In this document: piece by piece, positions 1-12,078 of the stretch | How the letters are laid out: every line of letters begins with the position of its first letter | Position numbering within the stretch: the stretch's first letter is position 1 | DNA from: Gracilinanus agilis | Taxonomy: Eukaryota | Direction of reading: 5' to 3' | NCBI RefSeq assembly: GCF_016433145.1 | Contig: NC_058134.1 | Span: 87,693,204-87,757,203 of the forward strand | Length of the DNA stretch: 64,000 bases | The notes under the pieces: model-generated | Seen by the model: only the letters and a program-made list of their open reading frames with translations | Database searches by the model: none | What the model was told of the DNA's origin: nothing | Made by a program: the position numbers and the translations under genes

Positions 1-553
1 TCTTTGTGGCAGCAATGAGAGGATGTACATTGATTGGGAAATGGTCAAATAAATTGTGGTATCTATTGGTGATGGAATATTATTATGCTGAAAGGAATAA
101 AGAAATGGAGGAATTCCATGTGAACTGGAATGACCTCCAGGAATTTATGCACAGTGAAAGGAGCAGAACCAGGAGAACATTGTACACAGAGACCAATACA
201 CTGTGGCACAATCTAATGTAATGGACTTTTCTATCAGTAGCAATGCAATGACTAGGACAATCTAGAGGAACTTAGGCAAAAGAATGCTGTCCACATCCAG
301 AGAAAGAATTGTGGAACCAGAAATGCTTTAGAAAAACATATGATCAACCATGTAGTGTGATAGGAAAGTAATGAGGGTTTTGATGTTAAAGAATCGCTCT
401 ACTGCAAATATGAATAACATGGAAATAGGTTGAACAATGATACTTGTATAATGCAGTGGAACTGCTTGTTGGCTTTGGGAGGGGGGAGGGAAATGTGGGG
501 GTGTCATGAATCATGTAATCATGGAAAAATATTCTAAATAAAAATTAAAAAAA
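1..553 (+). mobile_element. L1 LINE 3' end (ORF2 C-terminus/3'UTR), marsupial L1_Mdo-type; continues beyond window start
   Basis: Matches the recalled marsupial L1 3' consensus (gtgaactggaatgacctccaggaa...cagtgaaaggagcagaaccaggagaacattgtacacagagac); G-rich tract near 480; aataaa and A-tail at 537-555. Confidence 0.9.
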
Positions 554-555
554 AG

Positions 556-705
556 AAAATCTGAGTTAAAATCCAGCCTTGTATACTCACTATGTAATCC
601 TAGAAAAATGACTTCATTTCTCTCAGCTCATTTTCCTCATCTCTAAAATGAGAATTATAATACCAAATAATGTATAGGATTGTTATAGGGATCAAATGAA
701 ATAAC
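556..705 (+). mobile_element. MIR/CORE-SINE fragment
   Basis: CORE-like ctcattttcctcatctctaaaatgagaattataatacc...ggattgttatagggatcaaatga. Confidence 0.6.
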
Positions 706-879
706 AAATATAATTATACAAAACAAATATTTATAATATGTTTCTAATAAGCATATTATATATTATTTATGTAACATGTGTAATTATAGTATATTAATAT
801 AATGATAATCAATGTAAAACCATTTGAAAACCTTATCGCTCTATAAATACTTTTGTTATTATTTCTGCTCTTAATTTTA

Positions 880-1320
880 ATCTTGGAGGGGAGAGCTTGA
901 ATTAATTGAGAGAAGGGTAGAGAATTCCTTCTAAGATTAAATAAGAATAAGTGCAAAGGCATGAATGTAGGAAAAAATGTCACATGAAGACTGGAGTGGG
1001 TAGAGTAGCTAGGAGTTATGCTTGTCTGGAATGGCACCTTTATCACAGAATGGTGATGTATAAAGTTGGTGAAGTTGGGGAGCAGAGGACAGAAGAAGCA
1101 GAGTGAATGCAGGACTTTTAAAGGTCAGGTCGATAAATACCTGTTTAATATGGTTGATGAAAAAAGGGCACCAGTGGAAGATTCTTAAACAAGGAAATAA
1201 TGCGATAAAAATAATATTTTAGGAAGATCATTTTTACTAGCTACATATAGACTGGGCTAAAGCTGAGTGAAACTCAAAAGGGGAAGACTAGACAGGCATC
1301 TCATTAATCAATCTAGGTAT
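880..1320 (-). mobile_element. L2 LINE fragment
   Basis: Antisense L2 hallmarks: aagtgcaaaggcatga, gattcttaaacaaggaaataatg, tttaggaagatcattt. Confidence 0.6.
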
Positions 1321-1479
1321 AAGGCCTAGAATGGCAAAAATTGATTTAGAAATCAGGCCAAATCATTGACTCTGTGAGCTAGAACTTCAGAAAGTTTTCA
1401 AATAAAAATATGCTACTTTGACTTTTTAAACTAATAAATTAACTATTAAATAGAGGTACACTGGCAGTCCACCATCATG

Positions 1480-1620
1480 GTACAAGATGGATTTAAATCC
1501 TCATTTTGTTACTACCTATGTTATCTTAGACAAGTAACAACTTTTTCTGGGTCTTAATTTCCTTACCCGTGAAATAAAGAACATAGATTTGATGGCTTCG
1601 GAGGTCTCTTCCTGTTCATT
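1480..1620 (+). mobile_element. MIR/MIR3-type SINE fragment
   Basis: tttaaatcctc...ttagacaagtaacaactttttctgggtcttaatttcctt...gaggtctcttcc. Confidence 0.5.
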
Positions 1621-1731
1621 TTTAATTTTTTTTTGTTATTATGAGGTGAGGCATAAAAAGAAAATTCAAAGAATCAAATATAAAAATAGAGTTATATATG
1701 AAATAATCTCTATTTTCTACTGTTCACTTTA

Positions 1732-1910
1732 TCCTTTTAATTTTTTTAAACCCTTACCTGTGTATTGGTTCTAAGGCAGAAGAATGGTAAGGGATGGGAG
1801 TTAATGGGAGTTAAGTGAATTGCCCAGGGTCACACAGTTAGGAAGTATCTGAGGCCAAATTTGCACCTAGGACCTCCTGTCTTTAGGCCCAGCTTTCATC
1901 CAGCTGCCAC
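1732..1910 (-). mobile_element. SINE1_Mdo-type SINE with 15-bp TSD
   Basis: Antisense aaacccttacc-tgtgtattggttctaaggcagaag...cccagggtcacacag...tctgaggccaaatttg...cagctgcc; direct repeat CTACTGTTCACTTTA at 1717-1731 and 1911-1925. Confidence 0.92.
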
Positions 1911-1939
1911 CTACTGTTCACTTTAAAAGTATATAATAA

Positions 1940-2255
1940 TTCTGAGGGATTTATGGAAAAGAACACTACCCACATTCAGAGGAAGAACTGCAGGAGTGGA
2001 AACACAGAAGAAAAGCAGCTGCTTGAACACATGGGTTGAGGCAGACATGATTAGGGATTTTGATTTGAAACTACCACACCAGTGCAATGATCAACAATTT
2101 GGAAATAGGTCTTGATCAATGACATATGTTAAAACTAATAGAAATGTGTATCGGCCAGGGGTGGGGGGAGTGTGAGGGGTGAAGGGGAAAGTAGGAGCAT
2201 GAATCATGTAACCATGTTAACTTTTCTAAAAAATGAATATAAATAAATGTTTAAA
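1940..2255 (+). mobile_element. 5'-truncated L1 (3'UTR only) with 15-bp TSD
   Basis: L1 3'UTR (ctgagggatttatggaaaagaac...catgaatcatgtaaccatg...aataaa, A-tail); TSD AAAAGTATATAATAA at 1925-1939 and 2256-2270; TT/AAAA endonuclease site. Confidence 0.92.
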
Positions 2256-2279
2256 AAAAGTATATAATAAGTCTAGATC

Positions 2280-2865
2280 TCTTTTCAAATCTGTTTTGCT
2301 TTTGCGTTTCCTTCTGAGTTTCATTCTTTTCTTTTTTTGTGCATTCAAAATGTTTTAGTGACTCTCTTTTTGCATCACTATATCTAAAAACATTTTTCCT
2401 CATATAATCCATCTTCCCAATTAGAAACAAAAAGAAGATAGTCATTTAAAAATACAATAAAAAGAAATAAAATAAAAAATAAAATAAACTCTTTTACCAA
2501 ATAATCATAGTCAATCAAAATAAAGTCATATGATGATTGTGTCCAAAATGTAGAACACTTTCTTCATTCTGAGTCCCTAAATTCTATCGGTAGTTGGATA
2601 AATGTGTCCTTAGAGGTTCTCTGGAGACTTGGTGATTACACTGATCAGGATTCTTAAGTCTTTCAAAGTAATTTTTCTTTAGTGTTCCTTTGCTTATATA
2701 ATCTGTTCTGGTTCTTCTCATTTCACTCTCCATCAATTCATTCCACTCATGATTCTCTGAAATCACCCTATTTCTTATGGCACAATAATATCCTATGATA
2801 TTCATTTTGTTTAGAAGTTCCCCAGTTGATGGATACTCTTCTAGATTCTACTTCTCTGTTTTTTT
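2280..2865 (-). mobile_element. Old marsupial L1 3' end
   Basis: Antisense old-L1 3' motifs: gatcaggattcttaagtctttcaaagt, gttctggttcttctcatttcactct, ccccagttgatggata. Confidence 0.75.
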
Positions 2866-2899
2866 TTTCCCTTTTTAATCCACACTTTCTGGATCAGGA

Positions 2900-4838
2900 A
2901 TTTTTTTTTGCTTCTAGCTATTTGCTCCCCGCTATCATCTTCCCTTTTTTATCCACTCCCTACACCTGATCCCTGCTTGTTTCATTGCTGAGTTTGATGT
3001 CTTTCTATGTTAAATTGTGTATATGTTCAATTCTCCTTTGCCCATTTCAAATAAAAGTGAGGTTCAATGGTTACTTGCTCCTTCCACAACTTCTTTCATG
3101 TTTGTATACTCTTCTCACATGCCTCAATTATGAGAAAAAAGTTCTTTCTACACTGATGTGTTTTGTTTTGTTTTGTTTTTTTACTCTCCTTTCATTTTTC
3201 TTTTATCAAAGCCATCAGAACAGGACCAATCCATGTTGAGTTCCTTTGTTTTTCTTTAATTCCCTCAGTATATTTAAAAGACACCCACACTTGTTTCTTT
3301 CCCCCACTATTAGAATATAAGTATTGTTTTGCCAGAGAATACTTCCAGTTATTCAAACTGACCTTTCTATATTTCTCTGGATTCTGGCATTAATATTTCA
3401 AAGTTCCTACTCATCTCTGGTCTTTTCATCAGAAATATTTCAAAGTCCACTCTCCCATTAAAGTTACATTTTGCCTCCCTGTAGGATTATATTCAGCTTG
3501 GCAGGATGAATTATTCTTGGTGGTATAAATTTCTATCTTTTGCCTTTCAGAATAAAGTGTTCCAAGATTTCTACTTTATAGTAAAAAAGTACCTGATCTT
3601 CTGTGCTCTTGACTCTGGATCCTTGGTATTTGGATTCCTGCTTTCCAGATGCTTACAGTATTTTTTTCATGAAAAGTTGGCATTTTGACTATGACATTGA
3701 GAGTTTCCCATTCCTCCCCACCCCCCCGGAAATAATAAGTGCATTTTTTTCTGTCTTCCTCTGCTCTCTGGTTGTAATGTGTCTGGGTGGTTTTAATTTA
3801 TTAAAACTTAAAATATAAGATAGAGAACTTCTTAAAATATCAGTTTTTGTACAGTCAAATGATTATTAAATTTTCTCTCAATTTGTTTTTATGTGAGTTG
3901 TTTTTAATATTAACTTTTTATTCTTTTTGACTTTGTTTTAATATTTCTTGATGTCATATGGAATTAATGACATTTTGGTTTATCTGTTTTTGTTTTCAGA
4001 GAATTTATTACTTTGATAAGGTTTATTATTTTCCTCTTTCAAACTATTTATTATTCTAATTCTTTGCTTGAGAGCTTTTATTTCATATTTTAATTGCTAC
4101 TTCATTTCTTCCAGGCATTCACATAATGCTTGTGGAAAATCCATTCCCTTCTTCCCCTTTGTAATTGTCATGGAGCTCTATTCTTGCTTTTCTTTTGGTG
4201 GAATCTCTGGATTTACAGTGATTTTTTTTTATATACTAGTATTTTCTTTGGTTTACCCATCTCTTCAGTTGAATAGAATTAATCCTCAAGTCTTTGGGCT
4301 ATCTTTGATCTCCTGGAATTAGATCCTCCTGCATCTTTGAGGTTCAGAGGGCTTGATCTTTAGATCCCTTTGTGGTCTTAATAACAGAATCCATGGAACT
4401 TCACATAACCTGAGCACTTGGGATGTCCAGTTTTGAGTTATTCAAGGCCATACTGGTCTCTGTACTTTCCAGAGGACTTTTTAGGTCTCTACCTTGGCCT
4501 TTTGGAAGGTGAGATAGATCTCTGTCCTTGCTGCCTCTAGAAACAAAGCTTTACGAGGTACGTGTAGCTTTGTCATATCTGGCCAAGTTGTGAGACTGGG
4601 CTATTTTTTTTTGGTCTTTTTTGCTGCTAGCTTTACCAGTAGTTTTCTTTTCTATTGTCTTGTTGCTTCTAGTTGCCTTTTTGTGCAGTTCATGCATGGA
4701 AAAAAGGTACCTGCTATAATATTTTGTTGTTGGATTTCCTGGTTATTATTCAATCTTTTGTGAATTTCCAGTTTTTTGCTGAAGTAGATATGTGGAAACT
4801 GAATTCCTTCCTCCATTCAAGTACTCCTCTTGGCCAGA
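2900..4838 (-). mobile_element. Old marsupial L1 inter-ORF spacer, ORF1 and probable 5' end, heavily decayed
   Basis: Antisense ORF1-region similarity (tattcagcttggcagg...tttgcctttcagaataaagtgttccaag...ctttccagatgcttacagtatttt); putative 5'-end motif ctcttggccagaa near 4826-4838. Confidence 0.65.
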
Positions 4839-7072
4839 AAATTTATCTATGATTCTGAAATTTCATAGAAGTTATGCTTACCATAATTATAGATGTTTTC
4901 CAGTCTAGGAAACCCAGAGAGGAGGGAATGCTACTCTTCATATTGGGCAGGATTTTTTTTTTATTTTTGTGACCAGAATTGCTCTTCAGCAATATTCTTT
5001 CTTCTTTTCCCCTCTTTGGTACACCATCAAGCTAGTATCTTCTTTTTCTTACTCAGCACTTTTAGAAACATCTTTTCATCTGATATTGAGAATTGTCATA
5101 AGTGAAGAATGACAGGCCCGTTAGAAGAGGCCCATGCTGAAAGCCCATAGTGATTTAAAGGAAAAAAAAATACTTCAGTTGAACTTTGAAGTTCTATCTC
5201 TGTAAATTGGTTTGAGTGAGGCAGGGAATATCTGGGGAAACTGAAGGGGAGGAAAAAGGAAGAGGAAAAACCTGAAAGATAGACTTTAAGTATTCTACCA
5301 TCCCATTAATGTGCAAATCATTTAATGGCTTATAAATTAAGGATCCATAATATTCTTAATCAAAGTCAGGAATTTAAGATGTATGGGTAGGCAGGGTAGA
5401 TAGAAATAACACTCAGTGGGACACAGTGAGCTACATCTTTAAAAATAAATATAAACAATTTCATGCTAGAAAATGCTACTATCCCTGGCACATGAAAATT
5501 AATTTTGCATTATCTTTTCATATATTTATTACAGAGAAGACTCAAAGCCTGTGGGGTAGGGACAGAATTGTCATACGTTGCTTAGGATGCACAAAAATAT
5601 CTTGTCTTATCAACACTTCAAGCATACATAGGGAAGAATATGTCCCTATTTGAATCTTCTCTTTGGACTATACCTCTCAGAAGCCTGAATTCTCCTCAAA
5701 CCCGTTGTATCTTCCATCCTCCATGTTCCCAAAGGGATTCCTCTCTTTCTTTTTACAAACTTTTGATCTATGTAGAATAAAGTTGTTTTTTTTCTTGTTG
5801 TTTGTTTTTGGTAAAGCCCAAACACACACTTCTAGGAATGAGTAATCCAAAGACAACATGGAGTTCTTTAAGGGACACATTTCCAAATCTTCATAATTTC
5901 TGATCTCATCATCAGTAAGGGTAAGCAGATACATTTTAATTGTCATTGGCTCAGAATTATGTCTAATGTTTTCATTTACAGTGGATTCATGAGCTGTATT
6001 TGTTATTCTTTATTTGCCAGCTATCAAAAAGTTAAACGAGTCAGATATTCTTCACGTGTATGAAGCAGAGTTCTATTCCATTTGTTCATTAATCTCAGTT
6101 TATTCAGTCATTCCCTTATTCAGAGCTACATTCTTTGGTCCAGTGCTGCCTTTTTCCTTGTATCAATTACTACCCCTTTCCCAGTTTGCCAAAGTGCTAG
6201 TCCTGGAAGAACTAATTTACTTTACCTCTCATATAGGAATGTCTCAACTTTTGCTTTCACTTCTTTATTTCTGTGACTTGCCTTTTTTTAACTTTTCACC
6301 AGCATCTTTAAATGGGACTTTGGAGAAGGAGAAGAAATTGTTGAGTAGATGTTGTTACATTAATTTGGTATTCTGAAGGTATATTTTTAATCAGAAAGAA
6401 TGTCAAAGCACTTGAGTACCAAGAAGTTTGGGATTACTTATTTGTGATTTTCATTATCTTTACTTTTATAAACTTTTTGTTGAGATGGTAGTAAGAGATA
6501 GCCATAATTTGAAAGAAAAGGTCTTTCCTTTCAACAATGACCTAGAAAAAAGAGAAGTTTTTTTTATATTTGTTTTATTCTTCAAAAACCTGAAAGCTAT
6601 TCATCCAAAGTTATATATATATCTTAAAATAAAAGAATTCCATCAATAAGAATTTTCTACTTCTTACCCACTAAAAATTTTGAAAGGCAGACAGTTAAAA
6701 AAAGAAGAATATTGTAGAAACTTTCAATGAATCATTGATTTTTGGAGCGCAAATATTCTCCCATTTTTATTTATTAATTTACTTATGTTTATTTAAGAAT
6801 TTACTTATACATTAAAGGGGAGAAATCTTGATCCAACAAAGGAAGAAAGAATTATGGGTTAGGAAGATTGGGAAATTACCTTTAAGCAAAAAAAGAATGA
6901 AAGGTGCAATAAAAGAATGTAAGTGTGTAGTCAGGGAGAGGCTATTTCCCTCATGTAACAGAACTTCCAGAAATCAGAGGACACATGTATTATACATATT
7001 TTTAAAGGTGATTTGTGCTTACAATTAATATTTTTTTGTCCCTGGCCATAATTCTTCACTCAAATAACTGTA

Positions 7073-7541
7073 CTTTTATTTATTTTTTATTTTTCTAGTT
7101 TTTTTATTTTTAGAAAAATTTTCCATGGTTACATAATTCATGTTTTTACTTTACCCTTCACCCCCTCAACCCCACCCCACCCCCCCTCGCCGTAGATAAC
7201 TTGCATTTCCACTGGTTTTAACATGTGTGGTCAATCAAGACTTATTTACATATTATTGATAGTTACATTGGTGTGGTCTTTTCAGGTCTACATCCCCAAT
7301 CATGTCCTCATCAACCCAAGTGTTCAAGCAGTTGTTTTTCTTCTGTGTTTCCTCTCCTGTAGTTCTTCCTCTGGATGTGGGTAGCATTCTTTTCCATAAA
7401 TCCCTCAGAATTGTCCCGGGTCATTGCATTGCTGCTAGTACAGATGTCCATTACATTCGATTTTACCACAGTGTATCAGTCTCTGTGTACAATGTTCTTC
7501 TGGCTCTGCTCCTTTTACTCTGCATCAATTCCTGGAGGTCC
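7073..7541 (-). mobile_element. 5'-truncated L1_Mdo-type 3' end
   Basis: Poly-T tail then tagaaaaattttccatggttacataattcatg...ccataaatccctcagaattgtcc...ctctgcatcaattcctggaggtc; well preserved; followed by TTTT/AA. Confidence 0.92.
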
Positions 7542-9371
7542 TTTTAAAGGTTAAAGAGATAACTTTGGTCTTGCCCTTATGTAACTTGTTTCCACTGATC
7601 AGCCACTCAAAACCCAACCTACTATAGGATTAATCAGGATTTGAGTAAATATTATTTGGGGTGCTATTTTAAATAAATGTAAATTTATTTATATGATTTA
7701 ATATAAATATAAATAAATATAACATATAAATAAGAAAAGATCAATCAGACCAGTCTAAATCACATTGATTCTCAGAGACCTTAGGATATGTGTGTTCAGA
7801 ATGAGTCTTAAAGAATAAAAATAAAACTGCCTTCTTTCCTCCTAACCCTTGCCTCGTACCTATTAAGATTTAGGTTAAGAATAGTGTTGTTGCTACTTTT
7901 GTTTATGTTGTTGTCTTAGGATATGAGCAGAGCCATAACTGTCAATTTTTCAACCAGAGGAACAACAGTTATGTGGGAAGGCAAAGACAGTGACAAATTG
8001 TGGCATGTGGTGACAAAGAAAGTAGTTCAACTATGGGTGTTGTCAGGCTAAGAGAGGAAACAGCTTAGAAAGTCTTCCCCTTTCCCCTTATCAAGGTTAG
8101 AGGAGGAAACATGGGTCTTGGGAGAGGGGATCTTGGAATTGGTTGCCCCTTTGAGCTCTGTTGCACTAATAAAAGCTGATGAAGGCAAGGTGCAGGGAAA
8201 GTTAGCAAGAGTATATGAGCCTACCTAGAAGGGAGAACTCTTTGGTTCATTACTCCTTGGTACAAATCCCATTCTCCCTGGGCTAGTTACATTCTTGAAT
8301 GTAAACCATGTCACTATAAATCTGGAAATCAATCAATCAATAATCGACTTAATACAAGGCACCATACAAGGTACTAGAAAGCGTAGTCACTAAAATCAGT
8401 GGATCTTTGTCTTAACACATCTTTAGAGGGAGCATTCCTAGAGTCTGTGATAACGATAATAAAATGCAATTCTCAAAACTTGGCAATCAGACTATATTAC
8501 CAATTGACCTAGTTTATATAAGAAAGTGGTTGTGACATCATTTCTTTTATTCTCTATGTGACCTGGATTCTGCAGCTCTACAGGAAGGCAGCCTGGGACA
8601 TTGCTTTGGCATCTTACTTCCAAAGGAACTTTTTAAGGAACTTCTCCTAAATGTAAAGCATGGCAAACTACATTATATAGTTAAACCAGTTTCAGGTTTG
8701 ATATTGAGGAAATGGTGAGTTTAAAAAATAAGTGCACAGTTCCCAAATTGTTGTGCTTTGGTATTATGCTTTGTTTTGGGATATTTGGCTGCAACCTGTT
8801 GATTAATTGGCAGCATCTTTCCATGTTAGGAAGTCTAATTGTTTCTATAAATTTAGGTTTAGAGGACAATCTTAGAACCCAGTTGGAAGCTGCAGGAATG
8901 CTTCAATTAAAAGCTTCTTCTCAGTGTTTGGGGAGAAATTGTGAGCTTCTGAAGCCCAACTAAATTACAGAGCAAAAGCATGGATGTGAGAGGAAAGAAT
9001 AGTTTGTTTTTTGTTTTGCTTTATTTATATCACACAATCTGGACTTTTAAAGGAGCAGAGAAGAGAAGCCCTAAGAGAGACTTCCCCACAGTGTTATGGA
9101 ATCCATTACCTACTCCCCTCATTTCCCTACCTCCTGTCATCCTGTGCTAATGATGATACATCAGTATTTGGAAAACATAGGCACTCTAAGAAAGAATATT
9201 TCTTGATTCCTGGGGCAAAGATGACAGGAGAGGTAGTAGTTTGAAAGAATCAAGCTCAATAGCAACCTTTTAGATGGAAAAGCCTCATCACCATTGAGAG
9301 ACTATAGGAGAACATAATAGCATGGCACCCACCAAAGTCTGTACAATGGACTCTCCTTAGGATCAAAGTTT

Positions 9372-9505
9372 TAGAGCTAGAAGGGACCTCAGGGATCATC
9401 ATGGCCTTAGAGATGATTTTGTCTACCCTTTGTCATTTTATAGATGAGGGAACTGAGGTCTAGAGACATTAAGTCACTTCCTTAAGGTGGCACAGTTATT
9501 AAGCA
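9372..9505 (-). mobile_element. MIR-type SINE
   Basis: gagctagaagggacctcag...atttatagatgagggaactgaggtctagagacattaagtcactt. Confidence 0.7.
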
Positions 9506-10619
9506 ACTTGTTTTCCAAACTGTACATCTCTGAGGCCAAACTAGACAGCCTGGAGTTGGTCAGGAGCACTAGTGTCAAGCTCAGAGTTCCTAACAGAACT
9601 GATCAGACAGCACAGTCCTTGAAAAATACCTTTGGGATTGATGGAATCTGGTGAGGATTGCCAACCACTCAAGTTCCGAGGCTAACATTAGCAATTATTC
9701 CATCTCCTCCCGCCGATTATCTGCAGTTTTCTTCCATCTCTGTTGTCTGTTTCCTTTTTAATAACTTCTTGGCTGCCAATGTTCCAATCAATATTGGGCG
9801 GGGGAAAGCAGGGGGAGAGGGAGAAAGAAAGCTTGCAGTGACAAGAGATTATTTAGACAATAGAGATGTTCCAAGCTCTTTTTTTGCTGGAAGAGTTCTT
9901 TGTGCTCACATATTTGGATTTTATTCCAAACTGTGGGTCTAGCTAGGGGTAAGAAGCTTCTGACAGGTTCATTGAACCACCCTATCATTCCCTTTCTGAA
10001 GTAAGAACAAACGTGTGTCCCTAGGAGGTAAGAATTGATGGAGAGAAGAAAGATTGAGTCCTCACTGCATCTTTGGTCATAAGAATGTCCAGCATTTTCA
10101 GGCTTAGCAAGAATTGATCTTGAGACCTTCTGGGAAAGAAAACATCACTTCTTATATGTCTATATCACACGAAACTCAATGAACAGATCCTTAGGGTATG
10201 AGGCTATTTGCTGATATCTTCCCTAGTCCATAGTTCTTTAGGGATACTGTTCCTAGGGCCATTCCTAGAGAGTACAGGTCCTGAGACAGACCAGTACATG
10301 CCTGGTGTGCACAAGATCCTTCCTATTTGTGAATGTCAATGGCCTGGAAGAGCAGGGCCTCGTGGATATAGTCTCTTTTTCTGTTGATGCCTTGCCCCTT
10401 AACAATCACCACTGAAAGTATTGTATGTTAGTCATAGGAAATTCCACTTTATAGAATTTCTTTTTCCTCAGGTGTTTCCCCAAATTATGAGCTTTGTTTG
10501 AGGGGTTCTAATGTGATAGGTTTGAATGATAGGATTGTGGAATTGACATGTAAAATATGAGAGATGCACATAATTATAATTTTAAGAAATGAAGCAAAAA
10601 CACTGGGTTATGTGGGGCC

Positions 10620-10790
10620 ATAGGATCATAGAACTAGAAGGGACCCCAGAAGCAAGTGAAACTCATCCTCTTCATTTTATAGAGGAGAAAATGAGGCCCA
10701 GAGATATTAATTGATTTTCTCAGTATCATAAAAGTACTAAATATCATACATAGACTTTGAATCCAGGTTCTCTCATTCTAAAGACAGTGA
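10620..10790 (-). mobile_element. MIR-type SINE
   Basis: taggatcatagaactagaagggacc...ttttatagaggagaaaatgaggcccagaga...tttgaatccagg. Confidence 0.7.
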
Positions 10791-10837
10791 AAAATATTGC
10801 CATTGTTCTACCCTCATTATTCCCCTTGGGGCTGTCA

Positions 10838-11012
10838 TAGTATAGATTTAATGGTAGAAAGAACCTCACAGATTCTTTAGTCCATCCACTTCATTTATAC
10901 AATTGAAGATACAGTAACTCCAAGAGGTTAAATGATGTGTTCAAAGTCATACAAATAATAAGAATCATAAGCAAGATTTGAAAACAAGATTTTTGATTCC
11001 AGAATGAGTGCT
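10838..11012 (-). mobile_element. MIR-type SINE
   Basis: tagatttaatggtagaaagaacctc...agaggttaaatgatgtgttcaaagtcatac...gatttgaa. Confidence 0.6.
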
Positions 11013-11387
11013 GTTGCCGCTGGACCTCACTTCTTATTCCCAGTAGGGCTTTCTTCCACTATAATGCCAAACTCATTACCAAGGACATTGCATTTAATTG
11101 AATTTTTTTAGGGTAATGGGGTAGATTTGGTGGGGGAAAGAGATAGGAAATGAGAGAGGGGAAAAAAAGAGGAGACCATGCTTAGGAAAGAAGTATTAAT
11201 GTCTGTTTCTCTGTGTGTTTGGGTTTTCCTTCATCTATCTAATAATGTATATGGCTTTAGCAGTGAGATGAACTTTTATTCAGTACTGGAAGTCTTGGGA
11301 TTTGTCAAATGGAGATGAAAGAGGCAAAGGAAAGTAAGAATGATGGAAGATACTAGCTTGAAAAATAGTGGCTATACTTGGCAATTA

Positions 11388-12078
11388 AAATAATATTTTT
11401 CCATATTTCATTTTCTTTCCCTCCCTCCTCCCATATACTTCCAGTTGGTTAAATGAATGTTATCACTTATACCTATTTCCATATTATTCATTTTTGCAAT
11501 AGAGCAATCTTTTAAAACCAAAACCCCAAATCATATATCCATATAAAGAAATAAGTCATTTGTTTTTCTTTTGTGTTTCTACTCCTGCAGTTTTCTCTCT
11601 CAATGTATTATTCTTTCTCATAAGTCACTTGAGATTATCTTGTATTAGCAAAGTCCATTATACTGTATTGTTCCACAATGTTTCACTTTCTGTGTATAAT
11701 GTTCTCTTGGTTCTGCTCATTTCACTATGCATCAGTTCCTGGAGGTTCTTCCATTTGATATAGAAATCCTACAGTTCATCATTCCTTTTAGCACAGTAGT
11801 ATTCTATCACCATCATATACCACAATTCATTCAGCCACTCCCCAATTGAGGGACACCCCTTCATTTTCCAATTTTTTTGCCACCACAAAGAGGGCAGCTA
11901 TGAATATTTTTGTACATATATTTTCCTTTATTATCTCTTTAGCATACAAACCTAGTAGTAATGTTGCTTGATCAAAGGGTATACATTCTTTTAAAACATT
12001 TTGGGCATAGTTTCAAATTGCATTTCAGAATGGTTAGATCAATTCACAACTCCACCAGCAATGCATCAGTGTCCCAAT
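11388..12078 (-). mobile_element. L1 3' end (ORF2 C-terminus + 3'UTR)
   Basis: gttctgctcatttcactatgcatcagttcctggagg...cagccactccccaattgagggacaccc...caattcacaactccaccagcaatgcatcagtgtccca. Confidence 0.9.

Noticed and set aside
5054-5950. Possible minus-strand exons (DQKFVKRKRGIPLGTWRMEDTTGLRRIQASE; NYEDLEMCPLKNSM; DEKMFLKVL)
   Set aside because: Weak or incompatible splice sites, no recognisable protein, and no consistent phase chain.
6014-6376. 120-aa ORF following a good acceptor at 6020
   Set aside because: T/C-rich strand depleted of stop codons; L/F/S-rich peptide with no recognisable domain and no convincing donor; length within chance expectation.
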